Shown here: piece after piece, positions 18,801 through 29,022 of the stretch | How positions within the stretch are numbered: the stretch's first letter is position 1 | Layout of the letters: each line of letters starts with the position of its first letter | From: Fibrobacteria bacterium | GTDB lineage: Bacteria > Fibrobacterota > Fibrobacteria > UBA11236 > JADFYW01 | Length of the DNA: 64,000 bases | Reading direction: 5' to 3' | NCBI GenBank assembly: GCA_050294405.1 | Contig: JBNKOC010000016.1 | Coordinates: 325,178 to 389,177 of the forward strand | Translations under genes and position numbers: made by a program | Notes under the pieces: generated by a model | The model's database searches: none | What the model was told of the DNA's origin: nothing | Seen by the model: the letters and a program-made list of their open reading frames with translations, nothing else

Positions 18801-20450
18801 ATGGCAACTAATGTAGACGAATTTATTGGGAAGAAATTTGGGACTTGTATTATCCACAGGCCTTTAAAAGCAGGTGGTCAAGGTTACTCTTTTTTAGCCT
18901 TCGATGCTGAAATTCAAAAAGAACGTGTTGTAAAAATTTCCAAAATCAAATCTAGCTTTGATAGCGAGGATGATTGGGAAATAGAAAGTTTCAAGAGAGA
19001 GGGTATTATCCTTTCTCGCTTAAGGCATCCCCAGGTAGTAGACATGATTGAGCAGGGAGAGGCCTATGGCTATCGCTACATGATTATCGATTTTATTAAC
19101 GGCTATGATTTCAATAAAATTTTAAAAATGTACCGGGCCAAACAAGAAGAGCTAAATTGCCCTTGGTCCAAAATTTTAAATCCACTCACAGCTTTGTCAA
19201 TTGTAGCCTCTGCCCTGGAGCCGCTTGCCTATGTGCACCAGGTTAAAATAAAACTTCCGGGAGAAGGTTTAGTGGAGGGGCTGGCGCACCGGGATATTTC
19301 TCCAGGGAACTTAATGCTTGGAATTGATCACGAGTATGAGGGCGTAGTGCATATGATCGATTTTGGTATTGCCCGAACCAATTTCAAACAAAGTATGACC
19401 CTCAACACCCAAATTATTGGGACTATAAAATACATGAGCCCCATGCGGCTCTTAAAAAAAGAAGAACAAACTAAAAACAACATTTTTTGGAAATCCTTTA
19501 AGCAAACCCAGCATGACGTGCATTCCATGGGCTGCTTTTTGTACGAATTGCTCACTGGCTATTCGCACATCAATAACAAGGACTACCGCCAAAACCTAAT
19601 GGCCATTTGCGATGAGGCAACCTATAAAAAATTGTACAAGGATATTAAGGTGTTTCATCCTTTAATCCAGTTGGTAATCAAAAAATCCATAATTTTTCCA
19701 AATCTGGAAAAAAACAAGTTTCCCAACCAGTATCAAAATGCCGGGGAAATGCTGGAAGAAGTAAAAAGAGTTTTTGAAATTTTGTCTGGGGGCGCTGAAA
19801 CCTCTGAAGTTCTAAAAGAACTAGCTGCAAATGTGGAAAACCCTCAGCAAATTGTGCGAATTTTAAATGAGAATACTTCCAAAATTTTAAAAGCGGTAAA
19901 CCGAACTCCGGATAATATTGGCCTCAGGGATGTAAAAAAAATAAGACGCTTAAGTTTTGTGGGGGCTTTGGTCGGTTTGCTGGCTGTAGGCGGTTTGGCC
20001 AAATTCTTAATGCAGGATAAGAACCTGTCACAAAATCAGACAGTGGGCCAAATTTCAGGGGAATCCAACGAAAAAAAGGAAGTTTTGCCGGTTGGGGGTT
20101 TAAAAAATGCTGCTCCTAATAAACCAGCTAGTAAAAAACCTTTGGTTAAAAAAGTTCCCAAAGCTTTAAAGGCAACACCGGTTTTAACAGAAGAACAGCA
20201 ATCTTATGAGAAAGCTTTGACCTTGATTCAATCGGGAGATGCGACAGCTGCATATAAGTTAATAAACCAAGTCCTTCAAAACAGTCAAGACCCGGCTTTT
20301 TACTTGTTAAAAGCAGAACTTATTAAACGCCGGAATCCAGGTAGCCCGCAGCTCACTGCCCTGATGCTAAAAGCACAAAATCGAAGCAGCAAATTTATGA
20401 CAGCAGACCAATTATCCAAACGCTGGATGAATATTGCGAGAAACAATTAG
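18801..20450 (+). CDS. Hanks-type Ser/Thr protein kinase with a TM helix and C-terminal TPR-like region
   Basis: VVK, HRDISPGN, IDFGIA and GTIKYMSP; TM segment near aa 385-405. Confidence 0.9.
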   Translation: MATNVDEFIGKKFGTCIIHRPLKAGGQGYSFLAFDAEIQKERVVKISKIKSSFDSEDDWEIESFKREGIILSRLRHPQVVDMIEQGEAYGYRYMIIDFINGYDFNKILKMYRAKQEELNCPWSKILNPLTALSIVASALEPLAYVHQVKIKLPGEGLVEGLAHRDISPGNLMLGIDHEYEGVVHMIDFGIARTNFKQSMTLNTQIIGTIKYMSPMRLLKKEEQTKNNIFWKSFKQTQHDVHSMGCFLYELLTGYSHINNKDYRQNLMAICDEATYKKLYKDIKVFHPLIQLVIKKSIIFPNLEKNKFPNQYQNAGEMLEEVKRVFEILSGGAETSEVLKELAANVENPQQIVRILNENTSKILKAVNRTPDNIGLRDVKKIRRLSFVGALVGLLAVGGLAKFLMQDKNLSQNQTVGQISGESNEKKEVLPVGGLKNAAPNKPASKKPLVKKVPKALKATPVLTEEQQSYEKALTLIQSGDATAAYKLINQVLQNSQDPAFYLLKAELIKRRNPGSPQLTALMLKAQNRSSKFMTADQLSKRWMNIARNN

Positions 20451-20458
20451 AAGTCCAT

Positions 20459-21313
20459 TTAAGGATCTATGCTTTCCAGTTGGTCGTTTAAATCATTGGG
20501 TTGATCGTAAAACTCATCGGCGCTAAGGCTGGAATTGTCCCCGCTTTTTTCGGAAGGATCTTCGGAGAGGTCCAACACCAGGTAAACTGCGGCAGCGCTG
20601 GTAGCTCCTATCAGACCTATATAGGGCCAAGGAGATTTCCAAAAACTTTTTTCTTGCTGCTTTTTTTTAGCCGTTTTTTCTTGGGTGGATTCGGGAATGG
20701 ATTTTGGAGCTGGTGTTTCCTTTAGTGCTTGGTTGTCCAGGTAAGCGGCCAAATTAAACTCGGCAAGATACTTGTTGGAATTTAGATCAAGAGGTTCTCC
20801 CAAAAAGTTTATGATGTTATTAGCGTTGTAAAAGTAGCTGTTGGAAATTTGAATGTCACGGGAAAACCCATGTATAGGAACAGGAGCGCCATACACCATG
20901 GCGTTGTTTAAGGTTAGCTGGCCTTCTTTTTCCACTAATATGCCTCCCCAATTTTCTTTTAAATGTGAGGGACTAAAAAGAACAGTGTCCAAGGAATTAC
21001 TGATATATGATTTTTTGTTGTTATCTCCCTCAATTATCAAGGTTCCTTTAACAATTAAAACATTGTGGGGCTGAGGATCTGCAAAGGCAAGGTAGGTGTT
21101 GGGCGCCAGCTGTACCGTGATACCTTTGTTGATAATCATGGTGTCGCATTCCATTAAATAAAACTCTGGTTTTGTTGGGTTGCCAGTTCCAATTTTCCCA
21201 TTTAAAAATTGGAAAAAATCGGGATCGCTAAGGCAGTTGCTGGTGCTGGCCCAGGAAAAGCTAGCTAACATCAAGCAAAACCCAACTACAATTTTGTTAA
21301 CCATGGCAATCAT
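20459..21313 (-). CDS. Secreted beta-helix protein with a C-terminal membrane anchor
   Basis: Signal peptide; LIVKGTLIIEG and WGGI motifs; SFWKSPWPYIG hydrophobic tail. Confidence 0.65.
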   Translation of the reverse strand: MIAMVNKIVVGFCLMLASFSWASTSNCLSDPDFFQFLNGKIGTGNPTKPEFYLMECDTMIINKGITVQLAPNTYLAFADPQPHNVLIVKGTLIIEGDNNKKSYISNSLDTVLFSPSHLKENWGGILVEKEGQLTLNNAMVYGAPVPIHGFSRDIQISNSYFYNANNIINFLGEPLDLNSNKYLAEFNLAAYLDNQALKETPAPKSIPESTQEKTAKKKQQEKSFWKSPWPYIGLIGATSAAAVYLVLDLSEDPSEKSGDNSSLSADEFYDQPNDLNDQLESIDP

Positions 21314-23541
21314 TTGTTCACCAAAAGTTTTTGAAAAGGTTGGGGAACGAAAATCCCGGAGCGAAGGGTGTAAAAGTAATTGCCCCTGGGTAGAGAGGCA
21401 GCATCATAAAAATACAGCTGCTTGGGAGCGGAGATTATAAAATGTTTTTGGTCCACTTTTTGCCCCCTTGTGTTATAAACCAATAGCTCAAAGCCCACTG
21501 ATGTTAGTATGTTTTCAGGGAAATTGGTGTACAGTTTATAAACATTGGGGGCTTCCGAAGGCGAAATGTTAAAATGGAGGTTGTCGAAAGTGAGTGTTGC
21601 TCCCAAGCCGGCAGAGTTGTTAATTAATAGGAATTCATGGGTTCCCGCAAGAAGGTTTAAGTCTTTATATAAGACATTTTTACCAGACTGGGCTTCAATG
21701 AGTTGGTAATTTTCACTGAGACCCAGGTTACTAATGACAAAATGCGAATGGATATTTTTTTTGGTCTTTAATATTAATTTGACCGGTTTATTGTCTAAGG
21801 CATTGTGCTGCAACCATTTTTTATCTTTTTTTACGATATACATATGCTCCTCCATTTGTGGAAGAGAGATATATGGAATATTTTCCTTGCTATCAATATA
21901 AACCTTATAACCTGAATATTGTTCCATCAATTGAATTCGACTCGTTTTCTCTGAATAGGATAGTTTGGCCGTTTGCTCGCTTCCGGAAAATTTAACCTTG
22001 GTTATGTTATTGTTTCCATTGTAATACAAATATCCTGTGAACGGTTTTAAACTGTCTCCTTCGTTTAAGCCTATTAGACTTGGGGCCCCGTCCCGATAAA
22101 CCAGTTGCAATGTTTTGTTGGCAAGGTTTTTTGGAATGTTTTGGATTTTGGATGATTTAATAGAAATGATGTTCCAGCCAAAAACAACATCCACCGAGTC
22201 TTCTTCCTCGTACCACCAGTCATCCTTAAAGCTTAGGCTATTTTCCCAGGAGCCCCACAAAAATCCTTGCCCGGGCTTTATTAGGTTGTCTATTTCTTCA
22301 TGAAAAACAAATTTATTGTTTTCTAATTTCCAGTAAGACTTTTCAGACTTGTTATCTGGGTGCCAGGTTTCGGTGGCAATGGGCCGGGGAAAGCCAATTA
22401 AATGCCATTTTTTAGAAGCTTTGTTTCTCCATTCGAATTCCGTACTTTGAGGTGCTAGTGTTTGTACCGAAGTTTCGGAGCTATTCCCAAATTTATCTTT
22501 GGCTCTAATCACAAATTCAAACTTTTGTCCTGTAAGTTTTAAGCTGCTTTTCAGGGAGTAACTGCTGTCCGCACTCTGAAATTCCAGGGCTTCTTCTCTC
22601 AGTGAATCACTTTGCGGATAAAATACCACCGTAGCAGAATCCACTGGGTTGGAATCCCGGATTTTCAAGTCTATTAGGGAAAAATTTCCGTTGGAGATGT
22701 TTACATTTATATTTTTGTCAAAATCTAAGACGGGTCCGCTAATATCTTTTTTATAACTGTAATCCATAGTTGTGTCGTTGGTAGCTTTGTCCATAAACCT
22801 AACTTCTAAATGAAAACTGTCCACCTGAGGAAGGGTTAGACTAGTTGATAATGTGGAATCGCCAAACAAAATAACTTCGGATAGTTCGGTAGGTTTATCA
22901 TCCATATAATATGTTATTACCGTTTTTACTTCTTCCAGTTCGGAAGGATCAATTAATTTTATGGGAAGTATTTGGACGCTTAAATTGTTAGAATCCAGGT
23001 TAGTTTGTAATCGAATCCAATCCGAAGGCAATTCAAATTCGGGCGGACGGCTATCCAAATGGGCCACCAGATTATCCTCAATGAAATTGCCATATTCATC
23101 CCGTTCATTTATAACTATGCTGTTTTCGCCTTGATTTTCTAATTGCCAGGGGATAATAAATTCCTCATTGGAAATGTCACCCAAGCTGTCTTCAAATAAA
23201 ATGGAATAGCTTAAATTAAAATCTTCCTTATTTGTAAAATAAACATCATCCACCGGAAAGTTCCGGGTAAAGGTTAGCATTTTTCTAAAATCCACAGAAA
23301 GCTTGAGAACATCATCTGTGCCGCTAACAATTTCAATGAGGTTGTTTCCGGGTTTGAGGGTAATGCTGGTGTCTAAAGTATTATTCCCGTCTATATAAGA
23401 GATTTTTAGTGGGGATACATTTGTTTTTAACATTCCCTCCTCAAAATCTGGTTCTATAATTTCTACCACGGCAGCCTTGGACAGGCTAACCATCAAACAT
23501 AAAGAAAAAAGGATAGGTATTTTTAAATTCTTAACACTCAT
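21310..23541 (-). CDS. Secreted Ig-like repeat protein with a T9SS-type C-terminal domain
   Basis: D..GN Ig-end motifs; C-terminal VYNTRGQKV...LPRGNYFYTL. Confidence 0.7.
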   Translation of the reverse strand: MSVKNLKIPILFSLCLMVSLSKAAVVEIIEPDFEEGMLKTNVSPLKISYIDGNNTLDTSITLKPGNNLIEIVSGTDDVLKLSVDFRKMLTFTRNFPVDDVYFTNKEDFNLSYSILFEDSLGDISNEEFIIPWQLENQGENSIVINERDEYGNFIEDNLVAHLDSRPPEFELPSDWIRLQTNLDSNNLSVQILPIKLIDPSELEEVKTVITYYMDDKPTELSEVILFGDSTLSTSLTLPQVDSFHLEVRFMDKATNDTTMDYSYKKDISGPVLDFDKNINVNISNGNFSLIDLKIRDSNPVDSATVVFYPQSDSLREEALEFQSADSSYSLKSSLKLTGQKFEFVIRAKDKFGNSSETSVQTLAPQSTEFEWRNKASKKWHLIGFPRPIATETWHPDNKSEKSYWKLENNKFVFHEEIDNLIKPGQGFLWGSWENSLSFKDDWWYEEEDSVDVVFGWNIISIKSSKIQNIPKNLANKTLQLVYRDGAPSLIGLNEGDSLKPFTGYLYYNGNNNITKVKFSGSEQTAKLSYSEKTSRIQLMEQYSGYKVYIDSKENIPYISLPQMEEHMYIVKKDKKWLQHNALDNKPVKLILKTKKNIHSHFVISNLGLSENYQLIEAQSGKNVLYKDLNLLAGTHEFLLINNSAGLGATLTFDNLHFNISPSEAPNVYKLYTNFPENILTSVGFELLVYNTRGQKVDQKHFIISAPKQLYFYDAASLPRGNYFYTLRSGIFVPQPFQKLLVNK

Positions 23542-23661
23542 CGTTTTAATGGCAGTTACAAATTCCTAATGTTTCCTTCAAGTTTGCCTAGAACTTGAAT
23601 TTAGGCTTCTTGATTCCCCCACACAGACCTCGCTTAAAGTTGGATTTTTGTGAAATCCCCA

Positions 23662-25056
23662 TTAATTATTTGAGGGAATAAAAAAGCAAACTATTTTAAC
23701 CGGATTTAAAGCAACAGCACTATTGTAAACCAAAGTTAAAATATCGTTGTCCACACCGCTACTTTCTGAATAAGTGACTTCCCAGCGCTCGTTGCTACTG
23801 CTATTATTTCCTAGAACACCAAGTGGAATGTATTTATCACCTTGCTTTAATGTTCCTGTCATAAAAAGTATTCCGGCAGGATTGGGGCAAGGCAACAAAC
23901 TAGAGCTACCGTCGAGTTCGATATTAGTAATATTTTGCCCTGAAAGGCTTGCAGAAGGTATAGTAAACTCCCACACCATCATTTTCATGTTAAAAGTGCC
24001 TAGGTTGGGATCACTCATAGAAAAGATATTGGTGGAGATAGAATTTGGAGTTAAGTCTTCGTTATCATGTGTATGCGCTGTATTATTAATTTTGCTGTAA
24101 TCTATGGAAACAATATGGCTGTCTAAAATACTTGCGGACTTGATTTTTGTGGAGCTCACAACATTGGTGGCTATGTTGTCCTCCCTAACAGCACCGGTGG
24201 CAATTTTTGAATTACTCACAGAACCATTGGCAATTTTGGATACAGTAACAGCATTGTCTGCAATTTTTGAGCCGAAAACATTTCCATTTTTTATATGGGA
24301 AGAATCCACTGAACCTCCTGCTAATTTGGCTGAGGTAACACTATTTGCCTGAATTTTGCCGGAAGAAATGGAGTTGTCCGCTATTTTATTCTCTGTAACA
24401 GCATTATCTGCTAATTTGGCTTCGCTTACAGCCCCATCCACAATGCTTAAATTGGGAAAGGTGCCGCTAATATCCCCTTGAGCTTCTCCGCTGTTTTCTA
24501 CCCAAGTGGGGAGAGTTACCTCGCTTTCCTCTACAATTAGCATTAACATGGGGGCCCTGGCTCCTTCCCGGGAGTCGAAATTGGCAGAAAGGCTGCCGCC
24601 GCTCTCAAGAACAATTCCAATGTAATTGGTAAAACTTCCCGATTTCATCAATGTTGTTATATCAATGAGTTTAAAACTTCCTTCATCATCAGATACCAGT
24701 TTCTGACTGATTACTTCCGTTTCCGAAATATCCCCGGGGTTTAAGGTTAAATTGGTTTCGGGATCGGAAATAGGGTCCACTTCAAACAGCTTAATTTCCA
24801 GATCACCCCCGGCGCTAATTGAGGAAACATATAAACCCAAAAATGCCTGGGTATAATTATTGTTCGGAAGAAATTCTTTGGGAAAAATCATCCAGCTTTT
24901 TTGGTCGCTTTCTTCACCTACCTTTAAAAATTGAGATTTACCATTTTGGGTAAGAGAAGATTGGTACTTATCCTGAACAACAGGAATTACAGTTTGGAAA
25001 GCCGATGCCCCTACAAGGCAAAGGCCAAATGCGGAAAATAAAATTTTAAACAACAT
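23662..25056 (-). CDS. Secreted protein with a DNRLRE/CBM96-like domain and decapeptide fibre repeats
   Basis: ANFDSREGARAPML motif; about 11 repeats of AVT..KIADN. Confidence 0.7.
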   Translation of the reverse strand: MLFKILFSAFGLCLVGASAFQTVIPVVQDKYQSSLTQNGKSQFLKVGEESDQKSWMIFPKEFLPNNNYTQAFLGLYVSSISAGGDLEIKLFEVDPISDPETNLTLNPGDISETEVISQKLVSDDEGSFKLIDITTLMKSGSFTNYIGIVLESGGSLSANFDSREGARAPMLMLIVEESEVTLPTWVENSGEAQGDISGTFPNLSIVDGAVSEAKLADNAVTENKIADNSISSGKIQANSVTSAKLAGGSVDSSHIKNGNVFGSKIADNAVTVSKIANGSVSNSKIATGAVREDNIATNVVSSTKIKSASILDSHIVSIDYSKINNTAHTHDNEDLTPNSISTNIFSMSDPNLGTFNMKMMVWEFTIPSASLSGQNITNIELDGSSSLLPCPNPAGILFMTGTLKQGDKYIPLGVLGNNSSSNERWEVTYSESSGVDNDILTLVYNSAVALNPVKIVCFFIPSNN

Positions 25057-25065
25057 ACGCCATCC

Positions 25066-26124
25066 TTAAAAATGGGAAAACTTTACATTTAAAGATTTTT
25101 TTCCCTGTTTAATAACTGCAAAGTAGAGCCCGTGATTGAGCGGCTCAGCAAGGCGAAAACTGTAAGCTGTAGCCCCTTTTACCAAGCGGGTGAATTTAAC
25201 TCTGCCTCTTACATCAAATACATAAAAGTGGAGGGGTTCCTGGCTGGAAGTGATGATGTTAGCCAGTCCATTTGCAAATTTAAACTGAAGTACACCCGTC
25301 TCGGGGGGGGGGCGTACCGGGCTGCTATTGTCATATTCCTGGGTGCTAATATATTCCAAAATTTTGTCGGAATTAAAAAAATATGTTTTCACAATGCCTT
25401 CTTTGGGGGCACCTTCAAAAAAGCTGGAATCAATAAGCTGTCTTTCGCTTCCAAATTCCCAGGCATTGGTTATCCAAAGAATTTCTCCTTCAAAATATTG
25501 AAAGCGGGTGGACTTCACAAACATGTCGATACCCTCCAGGACCTTTCGATGCTCAATTAGGGAAATTTTGTTTTCGCTATTGTATTTATAGAGTTTAAGC
25601 TGTTTTAATAATTCGCCGGAATCGGAAACTTCGTAATAAAATTCAGATAGCAGTTTTTCCTGCAAATAAGAAAACTTTTTGATGTGTTTGATGCTCGAGC
25701 CGGAATAGGTTTTTATTTGAGTTAGCTGAGTATCTCCCTTATAAAACAAACTGTCGTAATGGCTAAGCACAGAATCGTTTTTTAAATATTCAATTTTTTT
25801 AAGGAGTCCCTTGCTGTTGTAAAATTTAAGCTGACGGTGGCTGGTTTCATTTCCATAAAAAATATTTTGCAGGGAATCCTGACCCTTTTTGTTATAAAAA
25901 TATTCCACACCTGATACGGTGTCCGTGGAATCTGCAATAATTTTTAATTGGTAAACCTGACTTAGGTTTCCCTGGTTATCAAATACAAATTCATTTTTAA
26001 AGGGCGTTTTTCCGTTGTTATACTGAGTACTTTCCGACAATAAAGGAAAATCCTGAGAAAAGCTCACAAGAAGGCAAAACCCTATTAACAAAATTGTTTT
26101 TAACCTGATTTTAGTTCTAATCAT
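25066..26124 (-). CDS. Secreted YD/RHS-like repeat protein with a T9SS-type C-terminal domain
   Basis: Repeated Y(N/D)..G units; C-terminal VFDVRGRV...LNHGLYFAV. Confidence 0.65.
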   Translation of the reverse strand: MIRTKIRLKTILLIGFCLLVSFSQDFPLLSESTQYNNGKTPFKNEFVFDNQGNLSQVYQLKIIADSTDTVSGVEYFYNKKGQDSLQNIFYGNETSHRQLKFYNSKGLLKKIEYLKNDSVLSHYDSLFYKGDTQLTQIKTYSGSSIKHIKKFSYLQEKLLSEFYYEVSDSGELLKQLKLYKYNSENKISLIEHRKVLEGIDMFVKSTRFQYFEGEILWITNAWEFGSERQLIDSSFFEGAPKEGIVKTYFFNSDKILEYISTQEYDNSSPVRPPPETGVLQFKFANGLANIITSSQEPLHFYVFDVRGRVKFTRLVKGATAYSFRLAEPLNHGLYFAVIKQGKKSLNVKFSHF

Positions 26125-26176
26125 TTATTGGCAAATTATTTGGCTATAAAGGCAAAAAAGTAGAAACTTTTTGCTT

Positions 26177-26980
26177 TTAAGGGGAGGGAGGAATATTTGA
26201 ACCGCTGGGAATGGAATATTTTATGAGCTCAGCAGTAATAGAACCCACGGCAATTTTACTGGTCATTTTTACGGGCATGTGGCGGTAATCATCCGTTAGC
26301 CAAATAGTAAGTTTGCCCTTGGCTTTGAAAAGTCCAACTCCTGTTACCTTGGGCTCAACCACAATGGTTTTAAAGGTGCCCGCTTCCACGGAAATGGTTT
26401 CTTTTTTATGGCAAATAACCTTTAAGTCGTATTTTTTCTTTCCACTCACCGCAGCCATGGTAAATTCTTTTCCCACTTCCAATTTTTGAGTTCGGATAAA
26501 ATAAAAGGCCGACAATATATCGTGTGTAAAAGGCTTAATGTCCACAACAGTATCCTGAAGCCAGGCTGTATTTTTTTCCTGATCAAACCAGGATTTTATA
26601 TGGGCTTCATAACTTCCCTCATGCAAATTTTTTTCAAAATGAATAGGATAGATTCCATTTTTATCAATAATGGAAAAAATAGTGTCGTGTACAGGATAAA
26701 AGGTCTGGAAGAAATCGTTGCACCAGGCTCTGGATTGAATTTTCCAGTGATTTTCTTTTTTTCCTTGTAGTAGTTCCAAGTTGGCTTGGCCAGCATTTAT
26801 AAAGCCCCAGTTGATATCGAACAATAAGGACTCGGGAACTCTTAAGCTTTTTTGTTTTATGTCCCGTAAACTAACTGAGTCCTGGACATCAACATGGTCG
26901 GGGCCCATGTATTTGACCTTTTTAGCCCACAGGTTACCACATAATAGGAAGCTGAAAAAAATAATTGTTAAAATTTTCAT
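26177..26980 (-). CDS. DUF3108 domain protein
   Basis: WGFINAG, DILSAFYFIR, ETISVEAGTFKT and IWLTDDYRHMPVK. Confidence 0.88.
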   Translation of the reverse strand: MKILTIIFFSFLLCGNLWAKKVKYMGPDHVDVQDSVSLRDIKQKSLRVPESLLFDINWGFINAGQANLELLQGKKENHWKIQSRAWCNDFFQTFYPVHDTIFSIIDKNGIYPIHFEKNLHEGSYEAHIKSWFDQEKNTAWLQDTVVDIKPFTHDILSAFYFIRTQKLEVGKEFTMAAVSGKKKYDLKVICHKKETISVEAGTFKTIVVEPKVTGVGLFKAKGKLTIWLTDDYRHMPVKMTSKIAVGSITAELIKYSIPSGSNIPPSP

Positions 26981-27068
26981 ATTATTAGACGAAAAGAAGG
27001 CATTAAAATATCAATTTTAACAAGATAATGCCCTTAAATAATGAGACGAATTTTAATCAAGGATCCGC

Positions 27069-27683
27069 TCAGGAGCTGGCTAATTTTTCGATGGGAAAGG
27101 GAAGAGGTATTTCACCTTCCCGGAGTATTGTCCATTGGCCTTCTTCCACATCCAACAAACAAGAAGGTTTTGCTGGAGGGTACGGATCTTTTTTTACCCA
27201 TAAATCCAACCCCTCAGAAAAGGTTTTCTTTAAGTTTTCCCAGCTATGTTCATAAGGATGTCCACTTTGATTTGCTGAAGTACTAAGCATAAGGCCGCCC
27301 CAAAGTTTGAAAACATTTTGGAACAATGGGTCCTTGGGAATACGTACGGCAATTTTTCCACTGTCAGGGGCTATTTCCAACAAGAATTTTGTTTTGGGCC
27401 TCAGCAAAACACTAAAAGGCCCGGGCCACAGAGCTACCAATTGTTCTCGTATTCCTTCGCAGTGAAAATGGGTATTCACAAAGCTCAGGCTGGAGGCCAA
27501 AAGAATAAAGGGTTTGTCTGCACTTCGTCCTTTTAATTGCCTGATTCTTTCCACGGCCTCGTGATTTAATCCATCACACCCCAATCCGTAAATTGTGTCC
27601 GTGGGAGAGAGAATACATTGTCCTTTCGCAAGGGCATTGGCGATGGATGTTGCGGCAGAAGGGTCTTGGTAATATATTTCCAA
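27069..27683 (-). CDS. tsaC: L-threonylcarbamoyladenylate synthase (YrdC/Sua5)
   Basis: PTDTIYGLGCD, KGR..KP, WPGP and STSAN.SG. Confidence 0.93.
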   Translation of the reverse strand: MEIYYQDPSAATSIANALAKGQCILSPTDTIYGLGCDGLNHEAVERIRQLKGRSADKPFILLASSLSFVNTHFHCEGIREQLVALWPGPFSVLLRPKTKFLLEIAPDSGKIAVRIPKDPLFQNVFKLWGGLMLSTSANQSGHPYEHSWENLKKTFSEGLDLWVKKDPYPPAKPSCLLDVEEGQWTILREGEIPLPFPIEKLASS

Positions 27684-27684
27684 A

Positions 27685-28971
27685 TTAGGCCTTTGTTAAT
27701 CTTTTTAAACCTTTTTGACCGATGTCTTTTCGGTAAAAGGCTCCTTTAAATTCTATACATTCCACTCCGGCATAGGCGCTATTTAATGCAGCTTCCAGGT
27801 TGTCACCGCTTCCAACTACGCCTAATACCCTTCCACCGGATGTGACTAATTTACCGTCTTGCCACTTGGTGCCTGCGTGGATAACATGGGCATTTGATGG
27901 AATATTTTCTGAATCTATGCCTTCAATTTCATAACCCCTGGAATAACTGCCTGGGTATCCTTCGGAAGACATAACCACAATAGCGGCGCTGTTTTCCGTT
28001 TGGTCGTATTGGTAGCTGTCCAGTTTTTTATCTACTGCATACTGAACCAGTTCCAGTAAATCCCCTTTAAAGATAGGCAGAATGACCTGGGCTTCGGGAT
28101 CTCCAAAACGGCAGTTATATTCCACTACTTTGGACTGCCCCTCGTGAATCATAAGGCCAATGTATAATACTCCCAAGTAGGGGCATCCTTCATTGGCCAT
28201 TCCCTCAATACTTGGTTTTACAATTTTTTCAATAGCCTGCTCCATTAAGTCCGCAGTCATAATGGGGGCGGGGGAGTATGCGCCCATACCTCCGGTATTA
28301 GGGCCTTTGTCCCCATCAAAAATCCGTTTGTGATCCTGAGCTGTGGGGAGAATTACAAAATTTTTGCCATCGCTCACTACAAATAGGGACGCTTCTTCTC
28401 CCTGCATGAATTCTTCAATGACCACTTCCTGACCTGCTTCGCCAAAAACAGCGTTTGGGCCTAACATGGAATCCAATGCCTCAGCGGCTTCTTCATCGGT
28501 CATACAGACTACCGCCCCTTTGCCTGCAGCCAAACCACTTGCTTTAATTACAATAGGGGCTTTATGTTTTCTTAAATAATCTTTTGCTTTTTGATAGTCT
28601 GTAAAGTTTTCAAATGCAGCTGTGGGAATTTTGTACTTCTTCATAAAATCTTTGGAAAAGGCCTTACTTCCCTCAAGGCGAGCTGCCAACTTGGACGGAC
28701 CAAAAACGGGGATCTCCATTTTTTCCAGTTCATCTGCAAGGCCCAAAACCAAGGGTACTTCCGGGCCTACGATAACCAAATCAGGCTTTATATCCTGACA
28801 GAGTTTTAAAAGGCCTGAAATATCTTCGGCTCCAACAGGATAGCAGTCTCCCAATAGTTCCATTCCTGGATTACCCGGTGCAAAGTGAAGTTCTGGATTT
28901 TGGGGAGACTGAGTTAATTTCAGACCAATGGCATGCTCCCGACCGCCGGATCCAACAATTAATACTTTCAT
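27685..28971 (-). CDS. purD: Phosphoribosylamine-glycine ligase
   Basis: GSGGREHA, GLAAGKG, QDHKR, GPNTGGMGAY and EYNCRFGDPE. Confidence 0.98.
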   Translation of the reverse strand: MKVLIVGSGGREHAIGLKLTQSPQNPELHFAPGNPGMELLGDCYPVGAEDISGLLKLCQDIKPDLVIVGPEVPLVLGLADELEKMEIPVFGPSKLAARLEGSKAFSKDFMKKYKIPTAAFENFTDYQKAKDYLRKHKAPIVIKASGLAAGKGAVVCMTDEEAAEALDSMLGPNAVFGEAGQEVVIEEFMQGEEASLFVVSDGKNFVILPTAQDHKRIFDGDKGPNTGGMGAYSPAPIMTADLMEQAIEKIVKPSIEGMANEGCPYLGVLYIGLMIHEGQSKVVEYNCRFGDPEAQVILPIFKGDLLELVQYAVDKKLDSYQYDQTENSAAIVVMSSEGYPGSYSRGYEIEGIDSENIPSNAHVIHAGTKWQDGKLVTSGGRVLGVVGSGDNLEAALNSAYAGVECIEFKGAFYRKDIGQKGLKRLTKA

Positions 28972-28984
28972 GGCCGGAAAATTT

Positions 28985-29007
28985 AAAAAAAGGCCCGAAG
29001 AAAGCCT
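28985..29007 (-). terminator. Probable terminator closing the DUF3570 operon
   Basis: Minus strand AGGCTT-tcttc-GGGCCT followed by a T6 tract. Confidence 0.55.
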
Positions 29008-29022
29008 AGGGATTCCCCGGAA

